Origin: Octopus bimaculoides
Lineage: Eukaryota
Assembly: GCF_001194135.2 (NCBI RefSeq)
Contig: NC_068984.1
Coordinates: forward strand, 11,216,910-11,280,909
DNA length: 64,000 nt
Direction: 5' to 3'
The position numbers and the translations under genes are program-made. Below the pieces are notes generated by a model, which worked only from the letters and a program-made list of their open reading frames with translations, was not told the DNA's origin and did not search any database. Below are positions 48,001-61,900 of the stretch, in pieces; within the stretch, counting starts at the first letter, position 1, and each line of letters starts with the position of its first letter.

Positions 48001-51000
48001 ATCAAGGTGACATAAGTATTGTGAAGATAAAGTAGACCAAACAAAGAAGTCCGGCAAGTTCTAAGTGCTGTTAGTAATGAACAATCTTGTTCATTTGTTA
48101 AGGATGGACCTGAAACCAATGATCTTCTTAATCATAAACCAATGCCTGTGCCATACAGAAATGAAAGAAGTATGATTTGGTTGATGTATAACATCATCCT
48201 GCATGAAAATACATAGAAAAGGCAGCTGTATTAGTATCAAAAGGTGTGTATATGGAATGATAGTAGCACATTTGTCCTTGCAGATACAAAGGTACGAATG
48301 TAAGGAAACATGAAGAACCAGGGAAAGCTGCTGAGATGCTTAAAATATCTAAAGTAGAACATGCGCAGTCAATTAGGAAGCACAAGGAAGGCACTATCTA
48401 CAATGACTGGTGGAGCAGTATCATTATCAACCTCTACAAGGAGAAAGGAAATGCTCTGGAAAGAGACAACTACAGATGCATCAAACTAATAAATTACATT
48501 ATGACTGTTACTTAAAGCGTTTCTGTACAACTGATTAGGAAATGGATTGGTCTAGATGAGATGCAGTTCATGTTTGTGCCAAAAAGGGGTATCACTAATG
48601 CCCTGGTGAGGAAACTACAGGAGAAGCATTCAGCAAACAATAAGTCACTCTATCTAGCTTTTGTCAATCTGGAGAATTCTTTTGGCTGGATTTGAAGCTT
48701 TATAGTCTGATAATCACTAAAAAACACTAGGTATAGACAGCTGGTTTGTGAAAACTGTACAAGACTTGTACAGATGTGGTGTCAGTAACTATCTTTCAGG
48801 ACATACTTCTCAACATCCTTCTGTCTGTTGTAATCTTCCAAGCCATAACATAGCAGTGAAGGTGGACAGATGTTCCAAGGAAAATTGGACCCATACACTC
48901 ATGGAAAATTGGACATAAAAATGATGATAACAGCAGCATTGGAAATTGGAATATATAACCTCTACAATTGGGTCTCTCATGACTATTAGATTTTTTTGAG
49001 TCTCCATCTAACACTTACCGTCTCCCTTCTTCACTTTCTCGTCTGTCACTCACCTCCTTTTCTATCAATGCACCTCCCTATTATCACTATCTTTTTCCAT
49101 CATGACACATGCAATGAGTGTTGGCAATGGATTTCATCTGTCCATATTTAAAATCCTACTCCTCATCACTCTTTCACTCATTGCTTTCTCCTCTATCACT
49201 CACTGATCTCCATCACTCTCTCTCTCATACACATTGCTTCTCCCTCAGTCAGTTTTTCTCCCCATCAATTTCCCACTTCTACTACACCCTCTTACCTTTA
49301 CCTCTCCCCATCACATCATTGTACTGTTTCTATTCAGTCTTCTTAACAACAATCGTCACACAGCTATCACTCCCTCATTTGCTTCCTTCCAGTATATTCT
49401 ATTCTATTATCCTATTTCCATCCAATAAGAAAGAAATAACTGTACAGAAGCAACACAGAAAGCACTCTGTTTAGTCTTGCTCTGAACAAGACAACACTCT
49501 GGTGCTGGTAAACAAATGATTGGAGACATCATCGGATAGAGAAGATTCTCTAGTCTTGCCAAGGTCAAGATAACATCCCTACTGCTGGTGCCATGATAAA
49601 GTGCATCGAATACACTCTCAAAAGTGATTGGGAATAGGAAGGGTATCTAAGCACAGAAACCATGACAAAAAAGAAAAACATGCAAATAAGAAATGGTCTC
49701 CAACCCCACTAAGAGGGCAGTAACTTTAATAAGAACTGACATGAGCTGTAACAACCCATAAAACCCATACTAGCATGAAAAAGTAGAAGTAAAAACCATA
49801 CCATATGTGCTGTGGTTTGTTGTGATGTTCCTATTGTTTTATGTAAGATGTGTGCGGTGCCTAGTAGTACTATTTTCTGTATGTTACATATATTTGTTAG
49901 TCTTGGTGTGTTTGTTATGCATTAGTCTGAATATTTTTTATCATCCCTAATCCGTCTGTTATGAAAGGAACTGTTTCTGTTTTTAGACTCCACATTCGAG
50001 TTACCTCTATTTCCAGATCTTTGTATTTTGAAAGTTTCTCCATTTCTTTTAGAGAAACGTTGTCATCTGCTGGTATTAATACATCAATTAGAAAGCATTT
50101 GTTTTTCTTGATGATCTCTGACAACTATAACTGGCCTATTGACCTTAATTTCTCTATCTGTGTGTATTGGCATTATTATTATTATTATTATTATTATAAG
50201 TAGTAATAAATATCTAAATACTCAGAGATAACAAAAGATTATCAATATTTACCTTTCTGTAAATGTCATCATTTTCTGAGAAATCACCAGCAAATCTTGG
50301 AATTACATGAACGTGAACATGCTGCAACAAATTTAACATATAAGTATAAATAATTTCTTTAGACATGAAAAAAACACATTGAACAATGCAGATAAATCAA
50401 ATTTAACCATTTCGCATTCAGATTACTCTGTCCAATGTAATGCTTATTAATTTACATTGTTTACGAATTAATTATGCATTATCTCACAGCTTCGAGATTT
50501 CAATGATGTAATTGTTTATTGTTAGAATGACACTGTAGAATAAGTCTGAGAAGCCAGATCTAGCTGGTTTGAACATAAAACGGGCAGAAAGGTTAGGCTG
50601 GATATAGTTTGTTTAAATGCTAAAGGGTCAACAAAAAAATATATAATTATTTTCATTTTTTTCAACCAGTAAAAAAAAAAATTGCTCATAAGCTATAAAA
50701 GCATATTGGAATGAGACAGAGATCATCATTTAATGTTCACTTTTTCATGTTTGCACAGATCAGACAGAATTTGTTAAGGTAGATTTTCTATGGCCAACTG
50801 CTCTTCTTGTCACTAACCCTCACCTGCTTACATGCAAGTTAGTATATCCTCTGGCCAGACATGTATTTTTTTTACAGAAGACTAAATCACTTATATCACA
50901 GTAATGCTCATTTTAAATCATTATATGATGTCAAGACACAGGTACACATATACATCTAATTGTCAGCTCCTGTCCAACCCATGCCAGCATAGAAAGTGGA

Positions 51001-54000
51001 CGTTAAATGATGAGGATGATGATTATATATATATATATATATATATAAGATGTCACTTAGGTATAGCAATACTAATAACATGGTGTTGGGACTCAATATA
51101 CATATGCTTCACAATAAAGTATTAGTTGCATATTGAGCATACTAAGAAATTGCATAAATGACAAGAAAACAGGAATTATGCAACCAACTTCCTTAGCTTA
51201 CAGTTGTTTCTGCTATAAGATACAGTGCGCTCAGAGATAAGTGCAGATGCTTCACCTTATAGCAGAAATAGATGTAAGTTAATGACATCAATTACATTAT
51301 TCCTGTTACCTCGTCATTTATTTAATTTATTATTACATTCACTCCCCCTCTCTTTCACATACACACAATGGGTTTCTTTTAGATTCCGTCTACCAAAACC
51401 ACTAACAAAGCTTTTGGTTGGCCCAGGGCTTTAGGAGAAGATATTGTACAGCAATACTCAACCAGAAACTATTTGGTTGAGAAGCATGTTTCTTAACCAC
51501 ATAGCCATGCCTGTACATGGAGGGTAAAGTTTATAATGCAACTTCCTGAATGAGGCACTTTTCTTTAAAAATCCTTGTTGTTTAGCACTAGCTTGGCTTT
51601 GACAGATCAGACCATCAAAGGCATTCCAGCAACCACTATTTCAGACAGATTATTATAAACAGCATTATCCACAGCATGTCACCATCTCACCTTTTATCAC
51701 AGTCCTTCATTTCATCACTCACCATAGTCTTTCATTACTCACCATGGTCTTCTATCACTTGTCACACACAAGTTGAGAAAAACCAGGACTAGGTGTATTT
51801 CATTACACCACTATCACAGGTCTACAACTAGACTGAAAAGTTAACTATCATCACTATGGTTTAATGTCCACTTTTCCATGCTTGCATGGATCAGGCAGAA
51901 TTTGTTGAGGCAGTTTTTTCTACAGTTAGATGCTCTTCCTGTTGCCAACTCTTATCTATTTCCAAGCAAGGTAATATTTCCCCATGGTCAAACATGCTTT
52001 TCAAGGCAGACTGGAAACAAACAACATAGCTTATATGATGATGAGGATGATGATGATGTTTGCTTACAATCATCACATTATGTCATAACAAGGATGCACA
52101 CAAACACTGTATCATGTGCTATTACTTGCTGAAACCATATTTCCTTCATACATTCCAATCTTTGATATGGTTCCTCCAAGTAGATACCATTGTTATTACC
52201 AACCACTTTATAGTATGTACTGGATGCATTTTATTGTGCTACCGACACTAGAGAACTTGTATGATAGAATCCACTCGATGAGATATGTTAAATAAAATTA
52301 AAAAATTTAAAAACCAATTACTCTTACCTTAACACTTTGTCCTGCTTCTAGGCCATCTTGAATAGCAAAAGTCAGAGAAGTTCCATTAAAATGTTTCTTG
52401 ACTACATCACCGACTTTGCGTGCTGTACACCATAAATCAGATGTATGCTCATCGCTTACCTCAGAGAAACTAGAAACAACTGGTTTTGGACAAATTAAAA
52501 CATCTTCAGTAAAAGTTAAGAAAATAACTTGAACATTGGAACAGAAATTAAAGCAGGTTAGCCATATGCCAGTTAGATGTATGAGAAGTAGAGGTTTCAT
52601 ACTAAAGTAACTGGTTCATGTGACATCAGGGAACCTGTGAGACACATGTCTAGGGGATAGAGGTATCGAATCTCCTCCATGGCCCTTGACAAGTACTGCC
52701 ATCCTGAGCTGAGCTGGGCATAATGGTGACTAAGGGGTAACTCTGTACTCCGCTTGTCTTTCACAGGACTAAATCATTAAAAATTTGTAGTGGTTACAAT
52801 AACAAGATAAAAGAAAATAGACAAGCAATTATTTACAATAAAGGATACGTCCAGGTAATACAGGTTTGATGTTGACAAATGCAAAAGAAAATGGTGTATT
52901 AAGAAACACTTGTGTTGAAGGAATATCAATGTGACCAAATTTATATGTTTCCTGTTCATCTACAGTGGTATTTTCTAGTGAAAAACAAAAGGAAATTTAA
53001 GATTATTTCAGTCAACTTATGAAAAACAACCTCATTTACCACGAAAACCTGGCCATTTCTGCCATTTCATTAATTTGTCCTAACATCATAACAACCTCCG
53101 CCTACAATACATTTATTATATTTTAGCTTTTACTTGTTTCATCCATTGGACTGTGGCCATGCTGGGGCACCACCTTGAAAGGTTTTAGTCAAACAAATTG
53201 ATCCCAGGACATATCTTAAACTTGGTACTCATGCTATTTGTCTTTTTGCTGAAACACTAAGTTACAAGAATATAAACAAACCAACATCGGTTCTTGAATG
53301 GTGGGGATGGGTGACAAACAGACACATCTATACACGCAGACACACACACACAATTGGCTTTCACACAGCTTCCATCTCCCAAAACTCACTTACAAATCAT
53401 TGGTTAACTCAGGATTATAGTAGAAGACACTTGTCCAAGGTCTCATGCTTTGGAACTGAATCTGATACTACACAGTCACAAAGCAAGCTTCTTCATTACA
53501 CAGCCATGCCTGTATTCAGTGACACTTTTTATTTTTGCAATTTTATGGCCATTTCCTCCCCTGGCTTGGATAGGGATACAAACCCAAACATTTCCATGAA
53601 ATAAATTTTTGAAATATTTTTTTTTCTTTTTTCATTGAAACTAAATGCATTTACTGTGATCAAAAGGTTGTTTAAACTGAAGCACATTGAATAAGGTACC
53701 ATAGTAAGCAAGACAACAGTTACAAAAATTTGAAGATACAATACTGACACAAAATTGCACTCTATTGTTTTTATGATTTTGGACAGGCCATTATTCTATG
53801 TACTTCATCATCATTTAACAGCCATTTTCCATGCTGACATGTGTTGGATGGTTTGACAGGAGCCAAGAAGCCAACAGACTGTACCAAGCCCCAGACGTCT
53901 GCTTTGGTATGGTTTCTACAGCTGGATGCTGTTCCTAATGCAAGCCTCTTTGCAAAGTATAGTGGGTGTTTTTTCATGGCACCAGCACTAGCAAGATCAC

Positions 54001-55899
54001 CACAAGACAAGACACCTCACTCAACTGAAGGTGGGATGAGGGTTTAGTATTGAGGGAGGTGGCTTTCTGCCAGGTGATGAGAGGTTAGAGTATGTTAGAA
54101 AGACAGAAACAGGTGTCTTGCAGTAGAAGGGGTACATGGCTATTCCAGTTGGAAAAACAGAGAAGATGATGAAGGGGTATCAGGAAACACCCTCTATACA
54201 TATTTAGCTACAAGGAACAGGTACCAGATCATACAGTAAAGTTACCTGTGAATGTTACCTATCCACAAGAAGATTTATTTTCTTCATCCCTTGCATGCCA
54301 TACAACTGAAAGTGAGCACTGTCTCACAGAGAGGAAAAAAATAAGAAAAGGTAAAAAGAAAACAAAATCTGAGGTATAGGTTGTTGTCATCATCGTTGCA
54401 GCAGTGTCGGAATTGTACACTGGTTAAGCTTATAGTTGTAACTCTATCTACACTATGGCCCAGGTTGTGAGGTTATCAATCAAATCAACCTGATTGAATA
54501 TACAGTAATCCCTCACCTATCGCGCATTCAGTACATCGTGGATTTTTCTGGTTAATATATGTAAATTTATACTGCGGACTCCTCAGTATATCTGGGTTTC
54601 TGTGGCTGATAGCTATTTATATTTTTATAGATTTTAATTATTTCTGTGGAAGGTTTTGGGATGTAAAATCCACGATAGTTGAAGGATTACTGTGCAACAC
54701 TAGGATTGTCCTTGAGTAGTTGTTCTAGTGTCAATGTTGGTATACACTCACTGTGGTGCAAGGAAGGTCAGGGTTCAAGATGTGAGAGAAGCCTGAGAAA
54801 AGAAAGGCATATAGAGAGAAAGAGAGATTAGAAAAGGTAGAAAGAAAAGATGAGAGAGAGAAGAGAGAGAAAGAGTCAAAAGAGAGGAAAAAGATAAAGA
54901 GGAGAAAATATAAGTAGAGAGGGGGAGTGCAAGGGGAAGCAATCAAGAAACAAGAGAGATTTTTTTTCTACTCTAGGCACAAGGCTCGAAATTTTTGTGG
55001 AGGTGGGTGCGGGCAGTGATTAGATCGACCCCAGTACACAACTGGTACTTAATTCATCAACCCCGTAAGGATGAAAGGCAAAGTCAACCTCGGCAGAATT
55101 TGAACTCAGAACATAACGACAGGCAAAATACCACTAAGCATTTCAACTGGCATGCTAACGATTCTGCCAGCTCACCGCTGGTGATATTAACAATCATCAT
55201 CATTTTATCATCCGCTTCTCCATGTTAACATGGGATAGATTGAATTTGTTGAGGCAGATTTTCTACAGATGGATGCCCTTCCTACCACTAACCCTCACCT
55301 GCTTCCAACAAAGGTAATATTTGGCCCTGAACAGACATGTTTCCATTGAAGATGGGAAACAAAGGATGTTGCTTGTCTGATATTGATGCTCATGTATAAC
55401 TATCACGTGATACCAAGGCAAGAAGATACTATTACCACACCACACATACATACAGATATACATGAGTTTCTTTCAGTTTCCATCTACCAAATCCACTCAC
55501 AAAGCTTTAGTTGGCACAAGACTATAATAGAAGACACTTGCCAAAGGTGCCTTGCAATGGGACAGAACCCAAGACCAATGATTTGGAAGAGGCTTCTTAA
55601 CCACATAGCTACCCCGATGAGATTGATGCCTTTTTCCACATTATTCTTCCTCTCAGATTTATTTTAATGCATCTGTTGAAACATATGTCGGTGATATGGT
55701 GATATAAATGATTTAAACAACATCTTGAGTGTTTGTCTCCATTTTCCATTATTCTTATGTTCTGCAAAACAAGTCTCACTTCTCAGAATTAACTCCCACG
55801 CAAGTGTGATTACTAATTCCTTAGGCGCTTATGTGACATTTGGGTACCTTGTAATTATTCTTCTTGATCTTTCCTTGTAAACTGAACATTTATATACAT

Positions 55900-55960
<61 letters not shown>

Positions 55961-58900
55961 CACCATCACCATTTAACATCAATTTTCCATGCTGGCATGG
56001 GTTGGACAGTTTGACAGGAGTTGGTAAGGCATGACTTCTATGGTTGGAGATATATATATATATAAATACACACATACACAAACTTCTTTCAGTTTCCATC
56101 TCCCAAATCGACTCACAAGACTTTGGTCAGCCTAAAGTTATAGTAAAAGACACTTGCCCAAGGTGCCACAGACTGGGATTGAACCTGAAACTATGCACCC
56201 AGTATAATCTAGAGAGGGGCTTGTGTTAGAATGGCTTCCAGCAGTAGAAACTATGTTGAAATAGAACATACAACATGTGGTCCTCTGGCCTATTTAGTAG
56301 TGCATTCATCATCATCATCATCATCGTTTAATGTCCATTTTCCATGTTGGCATGGGTTGGACAGTTTGACTGAGGTCTGGAGAGCCAGTGGCTGCACCAG
56401 GCTCCAAGACTATGATAACCCTTCCAACCATGCCACCACAGAAAGCAGACATAAAATGATGACAATTAGTGATGACAGTAATGGAACGATGAGACAGAAC
56501 TGTTCCTCAGACAATTTGGCAAAGATAAAAATTCTTACCAGTGGAGAAAGAATATATTTGATTGTAGAGGTCATTACGTCTGTGGTGCCAAACAGGCATC
56601 TCTAATCGGACATCATGTAATAAATCCATATTGATTTCTGCAGTACATAGCCCTATTCCTTTACTACATTCAGCAATAATGCTTCCCCATGGATCAATTA
56701 CCTGTTGAAAATATGGAGATGTACAAAAATATCACATGACAGTGAGTGCAGAAAAGAATAGGCTTTGAGATTAAAAAATGATGAAGTTATGGAACCCCGC
56801 CTGCCATATGTATGCACACATGCATATCATGACTCATATATAGATCACTTTCCTGATATTTGTACATAATTCTATGCACTGTACATGCACCTTTGATAAA
56901 TTGTAGTGCACCTGAGCACTATAAACAATAATTTCATTATTATGTAGTTTATGAAAGATAAAATGAGTAATATAGGTGGTATGAAGAAGAGTGATGACTG
57001 GAAGAGGTGGGTTCAAACAGAAGTGGAATGCAGTTAACAAGTCAGTGATGCTGAATAGCGAAAAACAGAAGAAAGTGGGGTGGGTGGGTGCATAATATAA
57101 CAAAGTCTTCTTTTTCTTTTTTTTTTTGTCCACTATAGGTTGATGAATCAGTTAACTCGATGGATTCCTTTTGAATATCTGACACCTTTCAATATATTAA
57201 TAATAGCATACAATTAATCAAAACTGTGCCATTCCAATTCTACCAAAGACATTTTCTAGACAAAGCTAAGAAATAGATTGTTTTGAAAGAGTGGAACTCT
57301 AAGTTGATAAAGCTACAAATTATCATCAACGTCATCATCTGGTCAAGTTTGCTTGACCATTTTTAACCCATGCATGCTTTCCATCTCAATCCATCATTAG
57401 TTGAGGGAGGTCTCTGGAGAGGCATCTAGTGTTTATTGTGAGTTGACCTACATAGGTTGTGTTCAGACAACCTGCTCGAGTACGGCCATGCTTTGGCATC
57501 CATAGCAGTAGATCTCTTGCCAGCAATGTCCTGCAAAGTGCAAGTGCCTTTCCCTTATAATGATGGAAATAGGCAGAAGGTTTTCATACAAAAAGCTATA
57601 AGTAATAGCATGTAAATATAATAAATAAAAAATAAATATCGCCCTTTTAAAGCCTATCCAGGCTCATGGGCCCAGTTTCCCGGTTTCTATGGTGTATGTG
57701 TTCCCCCCAGCTGGACGGGACGCCAGTCCATCGCAGCATTACTCAAGGAACAGGAAGAAAGAGTGAGAGAAAGTTGGGGTGAAAGAGTGCAACAGGGGTC
57801 ACCACCACCCCCTGCCAGAGCCTCGTGGAGCTTTAGGTGTTTTCGCTCAATAAACACACACAACGCCCAGTCTGGGAATCGAAACCGCGATCCTCCGACC
57901 ACGAGTCCGCTGCCCTAACCACTGGGCCATTGCACCTCCACAGCATGTAAATATAGGGCTACAAAACACTTGGGTAGAAAACTTTGAAGGCTGCTTGTAA
58001 ATATAACAGATATTCTAGCATGGACAGCCTTTGATTTCTTTTTATCAAAAAGGATTTTTAAACCAATATTTAAACACTGTCATTCATAGCTTTATCTACT
58101 TCAAATCCCACCAGTAAAAATGAATTATTTCACGTTTCTTGAAGTTTCTAAATTTTTATGATGTAAACAATGTGTGTGTGTGTGTTGTAAATAAGTGAGT
58201 AGCATGATGGAGAAAAAAAATAACCAGATCAAGGAATTACTGCAGTGTTTTAAAGTCTCTTTATCCCTTTTAAAATAATATTGCCCAAGATATATTTTCT
58301 GATCTGTGGCAAAATGTCCTTAACAAATCAGCCATTTCACTAAGAGATGGTGCCATGCCCATGCTGGTGCCACATAAAAAAGCACCCATGCTGGGGCCAC
58401 ATATAAAACACCCAAGCTGGTGCCATGTAAAAAGCATCCAATATACTCTATAAAGTGGTTGATGTTAGGAAAGGCATCCAGTCATAGAACCCTTGCCAAA
58501 ACAGACAGTTGGAACCTGGTGCAGCTCTCCGTCTGGCCAGCTACTGTAAAATCACCAGCATGGAAAACACCTTAAATGATGATGATGATACAAAATACAA
58601 AATGGCAGTATATGACTGTAATTATAGAAATACTTTTTTTGCATCTTTTTCTCACCATTGCATGTCCATACGATGAGCGTTTCTTATTATGTCGGCCAAC
58701 TTGTGCAGCTGCTATAACATAGCACTGGCTTTCAATGGCACGGCTCCGAAGTAATGACTGGAAATATAAGCAAAACATATTACAGAATACAGTATGTAGA
58801 TATATATTCAGACACACACATACAAGGTACAGCAGAAAAATCTGCGGATCTTTTTTAAAACAGGGGCCACATTTTTCATTAATGTTTTACGTAGTGTTTT

Positions 58901-61900
58901 TGGTACCGAAAGGCTTTCAAACTTCGTATACTTATCTATTTTGTGTTATAGAACAGAAAAATATTTTTGTATTCGAATTTATTTCATGTAAAAAATTGTC
59001 TTATTTCGATAATTTCAACCAATCACTGACAAGTATTCAGTTGTTTACATTTACTCCTTTGGCTGATTAAGCGGTGTAAAGCGTATTTAATTTCCATAGC
59101 TTCGTTTTGCTTTTTTCTTTTTAAATTTGCTGTTTTACCCTAACCCTAACCCTATCACCGATAGAATTGTTTCAGAATCATTTGTTTATGTAGTCGGCAC
59201 TTATTGTATATCGGCTGAATGGACGTCAGTGATTGGTTGAAATTACAGAAATACGACAACTTTAACATGGAATAACTTAGGGATTTCTTTTTTTTTTAAG
59301 AAGACTAAAAGAAAAAGATGTTTTATATGACACATTCTACCAGTGTTCCAAGTTTCAAAGTGTTTCGTTAATGAAAAATGTGGCCCCCGTTTTAAAAATG
59401 ATCCAAATCTGCTGTTGAACATTTATCAAGAATGGTAACTCTGGGAGACTTTTTTGCTCCATACCCTGAATACACACATACAAAGCAATAAAAAAAAATT
59501 TAGAATACAAAATTTCTGAAAGTGGACGGCAAGAACAAGAATAATGTGTTCCAAAGAAAAGAAAATGCATTACAATTACATTGTAACTTTATTTACATCT
59601 GCCCTCTCCTAGCATATAACCACCTCCCTCAATAGTGCACCCCAATTGTCAAGGGGTTTTAGTCTTGCAAGCTGCAAAGTGACCTCACTAGTGCTGGTGC
59701 CACAAAAAAAAATGCATCAAGCACTCTCTGTAAAGTGGTCGGCATTATGAAGGGCAACTGTGAGGCTGGAGGAACCAGATGGCTAGATAATGAACAGTCA
59801 TAGGAACCAAGTGAAGCAAACACTGGAGTATGATGCAGTCCTCAGACCCACCAAATGTTATCAAAACATACAAATCATGCCAGCATGGAAGACAGGTGTT
59901 AAATGAGAGTATAAAATCTTAGGTAAGGTGAGTTAAATGCTGAGAAACAACAACTCAGCCCTTCAGAAATATACAAAATTTAAGATCTGAGTAAATTGAG
60001 CCTTACATGTTCAATTATTGATTCTCATTAGTCACCTTGTTTCAGTTTTGGTTGTACTAAGATCAGATATATTTTTTCTTTTGTCTGATACAACTTCAAT
60101 GTTACAAATTACAAGGAGTCTCTCCAACAAAAAAACAAAAAACTGAAGGACGCCTGTTTTCTACTCTTTGATATAATGTTGAGCTATTTCAGTAGCTTTT
60201 GGGAGAAACTGAATAGAGCTGTGCAAGCCAAAAAATAGTTTTTTATCAATGAAATTGCTGGCATTGTTAAGTCCACTTCACAACATTTATCCCTTTATAC
60301 CTCCGACAAATGTCTTCTAATACAAGCACAGGTGAACCCAAAACTTATGAATGAAATTGAATAGACAGAATCAGTGTGGAAGCCTACTGAGTAGAGTGCA
60401 CCTGTCCTTGAGTAGCAGACATAAGCTCTTGTCTTGTTTAACATCACTCCTTGGGACTTGTGTGATTTTAGTGAAGTCCACTCTGTTGTAGGCATTCAGA
60501 CAAGGTCCCTTGTCTGAGGAAAACTCAACATTTTGATGAACTGCTTCCTACTTTAGTAACCACAAGTTAGGGCTCTATGCTTCTTTTCTCCCACCAGTCT
60601 CCAAAAGTCCTACCAAAGTCCTCTCACTAAGTCACATTTTTAACGATTTTAATTTCACAAAAATTTTACAGAACAAAGCAGTGAATTACAGCACCTTGGC
60701 AATGTTTTCTACCTTCTTTAACCCTTTTGATACCAGTCCACCTACAACCACACCTGATTCTATGATACAAACATCCTGTTTTAAAGTGATCTAAATTAAA
60801 ACCATCCTTTAAAAATTTATGTTCCAAACAACAGATTAATAACGACAAAGTTATTTGACTAAATTCTTTATTATTTTCAAAATGAATTGAAACAAAGGCA
60901 GCGTATTCTAACAGAAATAAGGTAAGAAAAGGGTTAATGATGCTTACTTCCCAATGAGCAATACCAGTTGGTTCCATGAAAGCAGAAGGATAAGTTAATA
61001 ATTCTGCACCTTGTCTGGCCAAAATCAAAGCTAATTCTGGGAAACGTAAATCATAACACTCAAAAGAATCAAGGAAAAATAGAATTAGAATTAGTTTAGG
61101 GTCTTGAGGTTCATCATCATCCTTTAACCATTTAACATTTAAAATGGCCATATCCAGCCCAAATATTCTATCAATTTTATGTTCAAACTAGTCAAATCTG
61201 GCTTCTCATACCCACCCTACAAGGCCATTCTGAAAATAAACAAAGACACATTGAAATCTTTAAACTACAAGATAATGCATAATTAATTCAAAACAATGTG
61301 AATAAATAAGCATTACATTTGATAAAGTCCACTTTCCATTTTGGCATGGGTTGCACGGTTTGACAGAACCGGGAGAGCAACAGGGCTGCATCAAGCTCCA
61401 ATGTCAGTTTTGGAACGGCTTCTATGGCTGGATGTCGTTCCTAATGCCAACCACTTTACAGTGGGTACCGAGTGTTTTGCTCAAGCACTGACTCTTTCAA
61501 CAAAATCAAGAAATCATGAATTTTATTATTTTTATTTTTATCTATGTTAGTATAGGTGGAGCGGGTTTCTACCTGCGTACATTTGTACACTGCTAGAATA
61601 ACCGTATTTACTCCACTTACTACACTAACCACTCAGCACATAGCAACATTACTTCTAAGGCGACAAGTATCTGTTATTATGTATATTTACCTAGTGATTC
61701 ATTACTACTTCGGTAAGTACGGTAACGGCTATCACAAGGTTCTAAGGTTAAACTATATATATATCCAGAGTTGTCTCCCATGCTAGCTGAAAGAGTCAAT
61801 ACAACGTTAGTTCTTAAATGTATTTTCCCTTTTACTCTTTTACTTGTTTCAGTCATTTGACTGCAGCCATGCTGGAGCACCGCCTTTAGTCGAACAAATC

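Noticed and set aside
58345-58440. About 30-bp short tandem units (atgctggtgccacataaaaagcacc)
   Set aside because: Internal repeats of the RTE-type 3' UTR, also seen in single copy at 49580 and 59690.
59137-59155. Telomeric (TAACCC)n
   Set aside because: Only about 3 units inside a TIR element; not a telomere or a chromosome-fusion scar.
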